From contig CAVRAX010000001.1 in NCBI GenBank assembly GCA_963719145.1, forward strand, positions 1,017,729 through 1,081,728: 64,000 bases of DNA, in the 5' to 3' direction. Shown in pieces: positions 49,014 through 58,228 of the stretch. Below the pieces are notes generated by a model, which was not told where the DNA came from, searched no databases, and saw only the letters and a list, made by a program, of their open reading frames with translations. The position numbers and the translations under genes are program-made. Source of the stretch: an uncultured Chloroflexia bacterium (GTDB taxonomy: Bacteria; Chloroflexota; Limnocylindria; Limnocylindrales; CSP1-4). The number at the start of each line of letters is the position of its first letter. Within the stretch, counting starts at the first letter, position 1.

Positions 49014-51761
49014 TCAGCGCCGGCCGGCGGCAAGCACCGCCTGCGCCAGGTCCGTCGCGTCATCGAGGGACAGACGTTCGCCGGCCGCGTGGGCAGCCGC
49101 GACCGCGGTCACACCGAGGCGGTCGCGGACGCCGAGCTCCACCGGCTCGCGGTCGGCGGCACTGTCATCGGCGAGTCCGTGGCGCACTCGAAGAGCCGTG
49201 ACCGCACCATGCAGTCGGGCCGCCAGCTCGGCATCGCCGGAGGCCAGGGCCAGTGCCGCGGTCGCCTCCAGGCCACGAAGCGTGGCGTGGAGCATGCCCA
49301 GCCGTCGTGCGGCGTCCAGTCCCTCGCTGATCAGGTCGCGCCCCGCGACCACGTCGCCCTGAAGCAGCCGCACGTGGCCGAGCTGGATCGGGACGTAGGC
49401 GCCGAACTGGCCGGCCACGCGACTCGTGAGCCCCGCCTCGCGGAGGGCCGGCAGGTGCTCGGCAAGAAGGGCTGCCGCGGTGTTGACGTTTCCGCTGCGG
49501 ACCTCGACGTCGGCCAGGACGGCAGACGCGTGGATGATGCCGGTCCGGCTGCCAAGCTCCTCGAAGAGCGCCCGGGCATCGGTGCCATAGCGCCTGGCTG
49601 CAGGCAGATCGTCGCGAGCCAGGGCAATCTCCGACAGGTCGAGCAGGGTCGCGGGCCGGAGATCCGGGCTGCTCGTCGGACCTTCCCGGCGGAGTGCCTC
49701 GAGCTTCTGTGCCTCTGCGCCGGCCAGGTCGCCCCGCACCCGGCGAAATTCGGCACCGATGGACAGGATCTCGGCGCGGTCGTAAACGCCATCCGGCGCC
49801 AGCCGCGATGCCGCCTTCTCGAACCACGCCTCGCCCTCGGCGACGCGACCCTGGAAGATCCAGGTCATCCAGAGGAGCATCGCGAGCTCGAAGGCTCGGT
49901 CGGTGGTCTGCTCGGCGCAGAGGGTCGCCATCGCGATGCGTTGGTTCGCGACATCCTCCGCGAGGATCCGATACTGGACCTCGCCAGCTTCCGTGGCCGC
50001 GCTCTGGCGCAGGGCTTCGGCCAGGAAGAAGTCGGCATGCCGGGCGAGGAGGGCCGGGCGCCGCCCCGACGCATCGAGACGCGCGGCGGCGAACTCCCGA
50101 AGCGTATCGAGCATCGTGAGGCGCCCGCCGACGCGCCTGACGAGGCTCTGGTCGACGAGTGCCCGGAGGCCTTCGCGAGTTGCGCCGCACACCGTCTCGG
50201 CCGCGGACACCGTCCACCCGCCCTCGAAGATGGCGAGATCCGCGAACAGCCGGCGCTCGGGTTCGCCGAGCAGCGCGTAGCTCCAGTCGATCGTTGCTTC
50301 GATGGTGGCGTGACGTTCGGGCCCGCCGGCGGCACCACCCACGAGCGCCGGCAGTCGCCGGTCCAGGGTTCGAAGGAGGTCGGGGCCGGGGAAGGCGCGG
50401 GCCTGGAGGGCCGCCAGCTCGATCGCGAGGGGCAGTCGGTCAAGACGCTCGCAGATCGCCTCGACGATCTCCGGCTTCTCGGTCGGCGCTCCGGCGGCCC
50501 GCGCCCGAACCTGGAACAGGTGCGCCGCGTCCTCGCGGCTGAGCGGTGCCACCTCCTCGATGGCCGCCTCCGCAACGCGCAGGGCAACGCGAGTCGCCGC
50601 AAGCACCTGCAGTCGAGGGGCCTCGCGCAGAAGCTCGGCAAGGGCCTCGGCTCCTCGAGCGATGCGTTCCGGGTTGTCCAGCACGATCAACGCCCGAGCG
50701 CCACCGATCGCTCCGCCAGGCGGGCCGTCCGCGCCGACGACCGCGGCAACAGCCGGCCAGAGCTGCTCGGCCTCGCGGACCGCCCCGACGTCGACGAATG
50801 CGACCGCGCCGTTGAAGGCGCCGGCGAGCTGCCGCGCCACCTCGATTGCGAGGCGTGTCTTCCCGCTCCCGCCCGCGCCGGTCAGGCTCACGAGGCGATC
50901 ACCGCCTGGCCGGAGGCGCCCGACCAGCGAGGCAAGCTCCGCCCTTCGCCCGACGAAGTCGGCACCGTGGGTGGGAAGCCGGGTCTCGAACGGTGCGTGA
51001 ATCCGGTCGATCGTGATCGCCCTCCGCCGGAGGACCGCGTCATTGAGCTCGGCCAGGGCTGGGCCCGGTGGCACGCCGAGCTCATCCAGAAGCGTCGCCC
51101 GAGCTGTCTCGAAGACGGCCAGCGCCTCCGGATGACGACCGGCGAGGGCCAGAGATCGGATCCAGCAGGCCCAGAGGTCTTCGCGCAACGGATCCTCGGC
51201 GACGAGGCCCGGGATTGCCGCGAGCACCAGATCGCGCTGGTCGAGACGCACGAGCAGGTCGATCCAGGCTATCCGGGCCTGCCATCGGAGCTCCGCGAGA
51301 CCTCGAGCCGCGGTGCGGATCGGATCGAGCTCCAGCGTGTCGGCGAACGGCTCGCCGTCGGCGTCGCGAAGCGCGACGGCGAGCCTGTCCAGCGCCACCA
51401 GCGGGTCGTCGGCGACCGCGGCGAGCCCGGCTCGAACGAGCCGCTCGAAGGTCTCGGCTTGCTCGACCACGACATCGGTCAGCTGATAGCCACCGCCGTT
51501 CCGGGCGATCGCGTCCGGACCGAGCGCTGCTCGGAGCCGGCTCACGTAGACCTGAACGGTCTTGGCCGCCGTCGCAGGAGGCTCATCGGGCCACAGCAGA
51601 TCGACGAGCCGCTCGCCCGTCAGCGGCCGCCGGCGATGGACGACCAGCAGGGCGAGCAGGGTTCGCTCCTGGCGACCGCCGATGGGGACGGTCACGTCGC
51701 CGCGCCGCGCCTGCACCCCGCCGAACAGTCGAATTCGCACGCGCGGGTCCGTCTCGATCAT
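49014..51761 (-). CDS. AfsR/SARP-type regulator (wHTH-BTAD-NB-ARC-TPR)
   Basis: LWPDEPP...YVSRLR, DPLRE, ELGVPPG, Walker A GAGGSGKT, LDNPE, LPLAIELAA, TPR tail. Confidence 0.9.
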   Translation of the reverse strand: MIETDPRVRIRLFGGVQARRGDVTVPIGGRQERTLLALLVVHRRRPLTGERLVDLLWPDEPPATAAKTVQVYVSRLRAALGPDAIARNGGGYQLTDVVVEQAETFERLVRAGLAAVADDPLVALDRLAVALRDADGEPFADTLELDPIRTAARGLAELRWQARIAWIDLLVRLDQRDLVLAAIPGLVAEDPLREDLWACWIRSLALAGRHPEALAVFETARATLLDELGVPPGPALAELNDAVLRRRAITIDRIHAPFETRLPTHGADFVGRRAELASLVGRLRPGGDRLVSLTGAGGSGKTRLAIEVARQLAGAFNGAVAFVDVGAVREAEQLWPAVAAVVGADGPPGGAIGGARALIVLDNPERIARGAEALAELLREAPRLQVLAATRVALRVAEAAIEEVAPLSREDAAHLFQVRARAAGAPTEKPEIVEAICERLDRLPLAIELAALQARAFPGPDLLRTLDRRLPALVGGAAGGPERHATIEATIDWSYALLGEPERRLFADLAIFEGGWTVSAAETVCGATREGLRALVDQSLVRRVGGRLTMLDTLREFAAARLDASGRRPALLARHADFFLAEALRQSAATEAGEVQYRILAEDVANQRIAMATLCAEQTTDRAFELAMLLWMTWIFQGRVAEGEAWFEKAASRLAPDGVYDRAEILSIGAEFRRVRGDLAGAEAQKLEALRREGPTSSPDLRPATLLDLSEIALARDDLPAARRYGTDARALFEELGSRTGIIHASAVLADVEVRSGNVNTAAALLAEHLPALREAGLTSRVAGQFGAYVPIQLGHVRLLQGDVVAGRDLISEGLDAARRLGMLHATLRGLEATAALALASGDAELAARLHGAVTALRVRHGLADDSAADREPVELGVRDRLGVTAVAAAHAAGERLSLDDATDLAQAVLAAGRR

Positions 51762-51943
51762 CGGCCCTCTTGAAGGAGCAACTTCCGCCCGCAGATCGTA
51801 GGTCTCCGGCATGGGGTCGGGGCACCATTTACCGCCTGTTTCCGCCCGACCTCCAGGATCGCCGCGGGTCGCGAGATGGCGAACCACGCGGGTACGCGGA
51901 ACGGCCGGCCGAAGCGTCGGCGCCGCCTCATAGGGAGGTTCAC

Positions 51944-52444
51944 ATGCAGCATCTGATTGCGCTCGCGCGCCGCCTGGCACTCACCGGCGGCATGGCCGCC
52001 GCGCTCCTCGTCATCACGGCCCCGGCGACCCTGGCCGGGAAGCCGGTCACGGAGCCGCAGGAGTACCCGGACCAGATTACGTTTGAACCGGGCGAGACCT
52101 GCGACTTCGCGATCGTCGTCGACTTCCTCGCGAACAAGGAGCAGGTGAAGACGTTCACCTCGAACGGCTGGGACCGCAGCTTCATCTCGGGTCGGCTCGT
52201 TGTTCGGCTCACGAACCCCGAGAGCGGGGCAAGCCGAGTGTTCAACATCTCGGGACCGGGCCCGACGGTCCTCCACGATGACGGCTCCTATACCATCTAC
52301 TACGACGGCAACAGCATCATCTTCGGACCCGGGTTCATGATCGCGACGAGCGGACCGGCGTGGCAGGACTACGCGGCTGATGACTCGTTGACGAATACGC
52401 ACGTCTCCCATCAGGCCGTCGACGTCTGCGCGGCAATTTCCTGA
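51944..52444 (+). CDS. Secreted hypothetical beta-rich protein
   Basis: Signal peptide, CDF...DVCAA cysteine pair, GGAGG RBS; divergent from the SARP gene. Confidence 0.75.
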   Translation: MQHLIALARRLALTGGMAAALLVITAPATLAGKPVTEPQEYPDQITFEPGETCDFAIVVDFLANKEQVKTFTSNGWDRSFISGRLVVRLTNPESGASRVFNISGPGPTVLHDDGSYTIYYDGNSIIFGPGFMIATSGPAWQDYAADDSLTNTHVSHQAVDVCAAIS

Positions 52445-52542
52445 GGCCGGCCCGAACGTTCGATCCTGCCTGTCCCGAACCCGGCTCGGCCCCGCGTCCG
52501 AGCCCGCGGCCGATCGTGCTGCGGCGACGAGGTCTGCCTCGG

Positions 52543-53436
52543 TCAGGCCCTCTGGTCGAGGACCTCGCGGAGCTTCGCGGCGAAGGCGTCGGGCTTGCCC
52601 ATGCCGCCGTACTCTCCGCCGAGGAAGCCGTCGTGGCCGCCCGGGAAGGTCAGCGGCGACGTTCCGAGCCGCTCGGCGATCGCCACCGCGCCGCGCCCAG
52701 CGATGGTGGTCGGCGAGTCCTCGCTGACGGCGAGGACCACGCGGGTCGAGGCGGCCCGGAGGGCGTCGACGTCGTGCTCGTACCCGGTGGAGGTCATGAT
52801 GTTCTGCCACAGCAGCGCGTCGGTCCGCGTCCCGTCGTCGGCCGTCGGCAGCCCGAACATCTGCGGGTCCGGGGCCGGCCGCGTGGCGTAGTCGGCCGGC
52901 AGGGGACCGGCGAAGGCGACGAGGGCGATGAACCTCGCCATGCCCGCGCCGAAGCCGCGTTGCTGATAGGTGTCACGGATGTCCCGACACGCCGCGAGCA
53001 CCAGTTCGCGGTCCGGCAGCGCGCTGGCGGCGGGGGGCTCGTGGGCGACGAGCGACCGGACATCGCCCGGGTGCCTGGCCACGAGGGCCAGCGCGTTCAC
53101 CGCGCCGCCGCTGCTGGCGAAGAGGTCGACCGGGCCGCCCCCGATCGCCTCGATGATCCGATGGAGGTCGTCGGCGTGCTGGTCCGGCGTCGACTCGCTG
53201 CCGGGATCAGCCTTCGAGCTTCGTTCGACGCCCCGCGGGTCGTAGGTGACCACCGTGCGATCGGTGAAGTGGCCGGCCAGGGTGACGAACCCTCCGGCGC
53301 CCATCGGCGAGCCGATGAGGACGAGGATCGGCTTCGGGCTGGCGTCGTTGCGGCGGACGTCGTAGGTCAGCCTTGCCCCGGGGACGTCCAGGGTGTGGCT
53401 GGTGGGCTCGGTCGTGGCGGACGTCGGTGCGGTCAT
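52543..53436 (-). CDS. Alpha/beta hydrolase
   Basis: YDPRG, ASSGG, HEPP, FPGGHDGF. Confidence 0.9.
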   Translation of the reverse strand: MTAPTSATTEPTSHTLDVPGARLTYDVRRNDASPKPILVLIGSPMGAGGFVTLAGHFTDRTVVTYDPRGVERSSKADPGSESTPDQHADDLHRIIEAIGGGPVDLFASSGGAVNALALVARHPGDVRSLVAHEPPAASALPDRELVLAACRDIRDTYQQRGFGAGMARFIALVAFAGPLPADYATRPAPDPQMFGLPTADDGTRTDALLWQNIMTSTGYEHDVDALRAASTRVVLAVSEDSPTTIAGRGAVAIAERLGTSPLTFPGGHDGFLGGEYGGMGKPDAFAAKLREVLDQRA

Positions 53437-53491
53437 GGGACGCTCCTCTCTGGCTCTCGATGGTCTGGAGACGGTTCGCGGGAGCCGGAAC

Positions 53492-54004
53492 TCATCGCCT
53501 CGCGGCCGACGTCTTCCCTTCGGCCAGGATCGCGTCGATCTGGCCGACCGCCTGGGTCAGGCCTTCCTCCATGCCCATGGCCAGGAGCTGCTCCATGGCC
53601 GAGGTGTCGGGGAAGACGCTCGCGATCGACATCCGGGTCCTGCCGCTGCCGAGCTCGGTGATCGTGACCACGAACTCGTTGAGCGGCATGTCGGAGTTCG
53701 GGGTGCCGTCGGCGTTGGCGAAGCCGTCGCGGACGACGAGCCGGCGCGGCGGATCGATCTCGACGATCTCCCAGTAGGCGTGCGGCTGGTCGCCGCTGGG
53801 GCCGGTCATGTGGTACTCGACGCGCCCGCCCGGGCGGAAGTCGTGGGCGGTCACCGTGGCGGGGTAGGTCGGCGGGCCCCACCACCGCTCGAGCTGGCGC
53901 GGGTCGGCCCACAGCTGCCAGACGCGGTCCGGCGGGGCCTCGAACTCCGCGTCGAGGGTCATGGTCAAGCTCTCGGCGTCCTTGCGGACGGCGGTGACGG
54001 TCAT
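53492..54004 (-). CDS. SRPBCC/AHSA1-like protein
   Basis: VWQLWADPRQLERWWGP, DFRPGG, GMEEG. Confidence 0.9.
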   Translation of the reverse strand: MTVTAVRKDAESLTMTLDAEFEAPPDRVWQLWADPRQLERWWGPPTYPATVTAHDFRPGGRVEYHMTGPSGDQPHAYWEIVEIDPPRRLVVRDGFANADGTPNSDMPLNEFVVTITELGSGRTRMSIASVFPDTSAMEQLLAMGMEEGLTQAVGQIDAILAEGKTSAARR

Positions 54005-54348
54005 CGGTCCGGGTCCTCCATGTTCGTGTCCTCGGCGACGAGCTCGGTCATCCGGTCGATCCGCCCGCGCCACAGTTCCTCGTATTGGTCGAGCAGGCGT
54101 CGCGCCACGCGCAGCCCCTCGAGGTTCGTGTGGACGACCTTGCGGCGGCCGTCCCGATCCTTCGCGACCAGCCCCGCCCGCTCGAGGATCGCGACGTGCT
54201 TCTGCACCGCCGCGAAGCTCATCCGGTAGTGGCCGGCCAGCTCCGCCACGCCCTCGCCGCCGTCGATGGCCCGACGCACGATGTCACGCCGCGTGGCATC
54301 GGAGAGGGCACCGAAGAGGCGGTCGAAGTCGGCCGGCGCGATCTGCAT
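54001..54348 (-). CDS. ArsR family regulator
   Basis: ALSDATRR, SFAAVQKHVAILERAGLV. Confidence 0.9.
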   Translation of the reverse strand: MQIAPADFDRLFGALSDATRRDIVRRAIDGGEGVAELAGHYRMSFAAVQKHVAILERAGLVAKDRDGRRKVVHTNLEGLRVARRLLDQYEELWRGRIDRMTELVAEDTNMEDPDR

Positions 54349-54350
54349 GG

Positions 54351-54384
54351 ATACAACCATATGGTTGTATGAAGGCAATGTCAA
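54351..54384 (-). promoter_or_regulatory. TTGACA-17-TATGGT promoter with perfect 20-bp palindrome ATACAACCATATGGTTGTAT
   Basis: Read directly; ATG follows the -10 by 7 nt (leaderless). Confidence 0.85.
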
Positions 54385-55194
54385 GCCCTCGCTGCGACGG
54401 CCCGGGCTCGCTCGGCCAGGAGCTCGAGGACTGCCGGTGCGGCGGCCCGTTCGGCAGCCGTGAAGCGGCGGCGCTCGTGGCTGCTCCGGACCTCCAGCGC
54501 GGCGCGGACGAGGGGCGCATGCTCGGGCAGCCGGTCGATGACCCAGGCCGCCCCTTGCTCCTTGGTGCACAGGGCCCCGGACTCGAGCGAACGGAGCAAT
54601 CGACACAGGGTCAGGAGCCGATAGGCGAGAAGGCCGTCGGGCGCGTCATCGCGCGGCGCAGCGACGAAGTCGTCGAGACGCCCGACGATGGTCGCCAGGA
54701 ACTCCCGCGCCTCGATTGTCGGGATCAGCGTCGACGGCGCGGGGCCGACGAGGGCCCGATCGGCGTCGCGGACCAGGAACCAGGTCTCGAGCCAGTCGTC
54801 GGCCCGCGCAAGACGCCGGAGCGGCAGCGGGTGGCTGATCTCCAGGAACGGCCCCCCCGACCGGAAGTCGGCCAGCGTTCGGTGTCCGATGAAGACGATG
54901 TCGAGCCGATCGGCCCAATCCGGCTCGCGCTGCTGGAGCCGCTCGATGATCCCGGCGAAGACCGCCTGCGGGGTCGAATTCGACGGATCGCTCGGTCGTC
55001 ACGACGAGGTCGAGGTCGCTCAGCTCGGGATCGAAGCCACCGCTGACCGCACTCCCATACAGGTAGGCGCCGACCAGCTCGGCGTCGAGGGCGGACCGGA
55101 GATCCGCGATGAGCGCCTCGAGGATCCGGTCGAGTGGTGGCAGTGCCTGGGCATGCCTCACGGCGCTGACACCTGCCTGCTGTTCACCGCTCAT
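54381..55194 (-). pseudogene. Aminoglycoside nucleotidyltransferase-like (AadA/DUF4111) gene, frameshifted
   Basis: YLYGSAVSGGFDPELSDLDL, then a frame change near 54980, continuing to LLTLCR...CTKEQGAAW. Confidence 0.8.
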
Positions 55195-55417
55195 CGAGTC
55201 TACGCGTGCCTCTGCGGCCACGGTGAGCGTTCGGCAGGCGGCCGACCCTCGAATGCGCTGCGAGCACTCGCCGGTGACGACCTCGATCTCCGTCGGGAGT
55301 GAGCCGGGCGCCACTCCCTGGGTTTCCCCCAACCTGGCTCCCCCGCGTTGGCAACGCGTGTGGTCTTGGTGCCCGGATGGGCCAACCTGGTTCAGTGTTT
55401 GGAGCGGCTTTACGGTC

Positions 55418-55540
55418 TCAGTGGGCGATCGGGGTGCCGCCTCCATCGGCGAGGGCGACGGCGGCCGACATCAGGGCGATGGCGGTCCCGATGATCCAGG
55501 AGGTGACGATCGGACGCGAAATCCGGAAGCGACGAAGCAT
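55418..55540 (-). CDS. 40-aa secreted pre-peptide, candidate signalling peptide
   Basis: MLRRFRISRPIVTSWIIGTAIALMSAAVALA|DGGGTPIAH; AAAGGGG RBS; own consensus promoter. Confidence 0.75.
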   Translation of the reverse strand: MLRRFRISRPIVTSWIIGTAIALMSAAVALADGGGTPIAH

Positions 55541-55595
55541 TGGACAGACCCCTTTCTCTCCGAGGGGCCCGTCCGGGCTCAAGACGGCGGCCGCA

Positions 55596-55643
55596 TTGCC
55601 TGCAACCACCAGTGATGCTACGGTTCCAGCATGGGGAAGTCAA
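55596..55643. promoter_or_regulatory. Overlapping divergent sigma70 promoters with ATGCT-N8-AGCAT inverted repeat
   Basis: Minus strand TTGACT(55643-55638)-17-TAGCAT(55620-55615); plus strand TTGCCT(55596-55601)-17-TACGGT(55619-55624), 6 nt before ATG 55631. Confidence 0.75.
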
Positions 55644-55981
55644 GTATTGCTAAACATCTCCACGTCGGCGCCGGCTCGGCCGCAGCGTGGGAAGTGGGGC
55701 GACGCGTCAAGGCCCGACGCCTGGCGATCGGGATGACCCAGTCGCAGCTCGCCGCGCCCCTGTCGCGTGGGTTCGTGTCGGCCGTCGAGAAAGGGCAGGC
55801 GCTTCCCTCGCTCGGGTCGCTCTGGCTGTTCGCCTCGCGGCTCGGCACCGGGGTCGGCGATCTCGTCGACGGAGTCAACGGCGTAGAGACTCCGGAGTAC
55901 ACTGGCGGTCATGGCAGCGCGGCCACCCCAACCCAGCTCCCCGGGGGCAACCACGACCCGACGTCATCGGGTCGTCGCTGA
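55631..55981 (+). CDS. Stand-alone XRE HTH protein
   Basis: GRRVKARR...MTQSQLA...FVSAVEKG...PSL. Confidence 0.85.
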   Translation: MGKSSIAKHLHVGAGSAAAWEVGRRVKARRLAIGMTQSQLAAPLSRGFVSAVEKGQALPSLGSLWLFASRLGTGVGDLVDGVNGVETPEYTGGHGSAATPTQLPGGNHDPTSSGRR

Positions 55982-57242
55982 CGACACCCCGTTGGCCCGC
56001 CGGATCGGCGAGCGCCTCCGGCGGGCGCGCAGCGCGGCGGGCCTGACCCAGTCGCAGCTCGCGGCCGGGCGGTACACGAAGGCCTACGTGAGCGCCCTCG
56101 AAACCGGCCACAGCAAGCCGTCGATGGCCGCCCTGAACTTCTTCGCGGGTCGCCTCGGCATCGCGGCCAGCCGCTTCCTCGACGACGAGCCGGCCTCGTG
56201 GCGGCGGCTCGAGGTCGATCTCGACCTGGCCTCGGGCCGATGGCAGGCCGCCGCGGACGGCTACCGCGACCTCCTCGAACAGGCCCCAGGCCGCGAAACC
56301 CGGGCCGAGCTCCTCCGCGGCCTGTCCGAGGCGCTCGCCGCGCTGGACCGCGGCGCGGACGCATCCGCCGCCGGGGCCGAGGCGGCCCACATCTTCACGT
56401 CGCTCGGCCGGGACGCCGACGCTGCGATCGCCCGCTACTGGCTCGCCGCCGGCGAGTACGCCCAGGGCAACACGGTCGAGGCCGCGTCCATCTTCCGCGA
56501 CATCCTCGAACGAGTTCGGGCTGGCCTGCGCGTCGAGCCCGACTTCGAGCTGCGCCTGGTCATGGCCCTGTCGAGCACGGCCTCGCGGGATGGGCGCCAC
56601 GAGATCGCCCTTGCCTATCTCGAGGAGGTTCGGGCGCTGGCCGAATTGCTCGACGATCATCGGCGGGCGACGTTCCTGTACGACCTCGCGTACAGCTATC
56701 GGGAGACCGGCGACTTCGAGGCCGCCATCCGAACAGGGATCGCGAGCCTGGCGCTGTACCGGGGATCCACGTTCGACCTCGGGACCGCGTCGCTCGAGAA
56801 CGACCTCGCGCTCTCGTTCCTGGCCGTCGGCAACCTGGCCAGGGCCGCCGAGTTCGCCACGAGCTCGCAGGCCCGGTTCGAGAAGCTCGCGGATCGCCGC
56901 TACCTGGCGCACGTCCTGGAGACACGCTCGCAGATCGCGTTCGCCGCCGGCGACCAGAGCGGTGCTCGAGACCTCGCCGCCGAGGCCCTCGACCTGGCCG
57001 AGGAGACCAAGAACGAGAAGGCGACCGTCGGCGCCCTCCTGGCGCTGGCCCGGGCTGATCGAGCCCTTCAGAACCCGGGGGCGGCCGCCCCGCTCTATGA
57101 ACGGGCGGTTGCGCTGGCCCGCGGCTCGATGCGACCGGGCCTCATCCGCGACGCCATCGGCGAATGGGCGGACGTCCTGACCGAGATGGGCCAGCATGAA
57201 CGAGCCGCAACCCTCCTCCGCGAGGCGCTCCGAGTCGTCTGA
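55911..57242 (+). CDS. XRE-HTH plus TPR regulator (RRNPP/NprR-like architecture)
   Basis: N-terminal XRE HTH, then about 8-9 TPR-like repeats (LAYSYRETGDFEAA, LALSFLAVGNLARA); TACACT-7nt-ATG. Confidence 0.88.
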   Translation: MAARPPQPSSPGATTTRRHRVVADDTPLARRIGERLRRARSAAGLTQSQLAAGRYTKAYVSALETGHSKPSMAALNFFAGRLGIAASRFLDDEPASWRRLEVDLDLASGRWQAAADGYRDLLEQAPGRETRAELLRGLSEALAALDRGADASAAGAEAAHIFTSLGRDADAAIARYWLAAGEYAQGNTVEAASIFRDILERVRAGLRVEPDFELRLVMALSSTASRDGRHEIALAYLEEVRALAELLDDHRRATFLYDLAYSYRETGDFEAAIRTGIASLALYRGSTFDLGTASLENDLALSFLAVGNLARAAEFATSSQARFEKLADRRYLAHVLETRSQIAFAAGDQSGARDLAAEALDLAEETKNEKATVGALLALARADRALQNPGAAAPLYERAVALARGSMRPGLIRDAIGEWADVLTEMGQHERAATLLREALRVV

Positions 57243-57336
57243 GCCCGGCCGCGCCGGCTCGGCGCGCGTGCCCGACACCATCGGGATCACCCGGATCGAT
57301 CGAGGACTCGTCCACGCGGTGCCATGAAGTACAGTT

Positions 57337-58185
57337 ATGCTTGACCTCGAGCAGCCAGACGCATCACTGGAGGGCGCGATCAGTAGCGTGCTGTCAGCCG
57401 AGCCCGCGCGAACGAGGCAGCACGTCGTCCGGCTGCTCGCGGCGGTGCTCCAGGATCCAGCGTCTCTGCGGCCGGTGTTCCAGCCGATCCTGTCGCTGGC
57501 CAGCGGCACGATCGTTGGCTACGAGGGCTTCAGCCGATTCGCCGTCGTCCCGCGGCGGCCGCCGAACGCGTGGTTCGCGGAGGCGACCCGTTTCGGCCTC
57601 GGCGCCGAGCTCCAGGCGCACGCGATCCGGCGGATCCTCGGCGCCGCCGGAGATACCGGCCTCCCGCCCGGCACGTTCCTGTCGGTGAACGTCAGTCCCC
57701 AGTACCTCGCCCACGAGGAGGTGGTCGCGGCGTTCGCCGAGGCCGACCCCTCCTCGCTCGTCATCGAGCTGACCGAGGACGAGGCCGTCCGCGACTACCG
57801 GGCGTTGCGGCGGGCGATGGCCCCCTATGTCCGGCGTGGCGTGCGCTTCGGGGTCGACGACGCCGGCGCCGGCTTCGCCTCGATGCGCCACGTGATCGAG
57901 CTCCAGCCGACGTTCGTGAAGCTCGATGCCACGCTCATTCGCGGGATGGGCAGCCGCGAGACGCTGCGAGCCTTCCTGCGCGCGATCAACGGCTTCACGA
58001 CCGAGATCGGGGCGACGCTCGTCGCCGAAGGCGTCGAGGACCCGAGCGACCTCACCGTCCTGACCGAGACCGGGTTTCCGATCCTGGCCCAGGGGTTCGG
58101 CATCGCCCGCCCGGGTGCCCCCTGGCCGGCCCCCAGCTCCCTCTCGATGCGCTCCTGGCGCGAGGCCAGCCGAGTTCGTTCGTGA
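57337..58185 (+). CDS. Stand-alone EAL-domain protein (c-di-GMP phosphodiesterase-like)
   Basis: FQPI, YEGF, SVNVS, IELTE, DDAGAGFAS, VKLD, VAEGVE, QGF. Confidence 0.9.
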   Translation: MLDLEQPDASLEGAISSVLSAEPARTRQHVVRLLAAVLQDPASLRPVFQPILSLASGTIVGYEGFSRFAVVPRRPPNAWFAEATRFGLGAELQAHAIRRILGAAGDTGLPPGTFLSVNVSPQYLAHEEVVAAFAEADPSSLVIELTEDEAVRDYRALRRAMAPYVRRGVRFGVDDAGAGFASMRHVIELQPTFVKLDATLIRGMGSRETLRAFLRAINGFTTEIGATLVAEGVEDPSDLTVLTETGFPILAQGFGIARPGAPWPAPSSLSMRSWREASRVRS

Positions 58186-58228
58186 AGCGCCGCCGCCGCA
58201 CCCCCGGGGCGCCGGTGCCGTCGAGATC

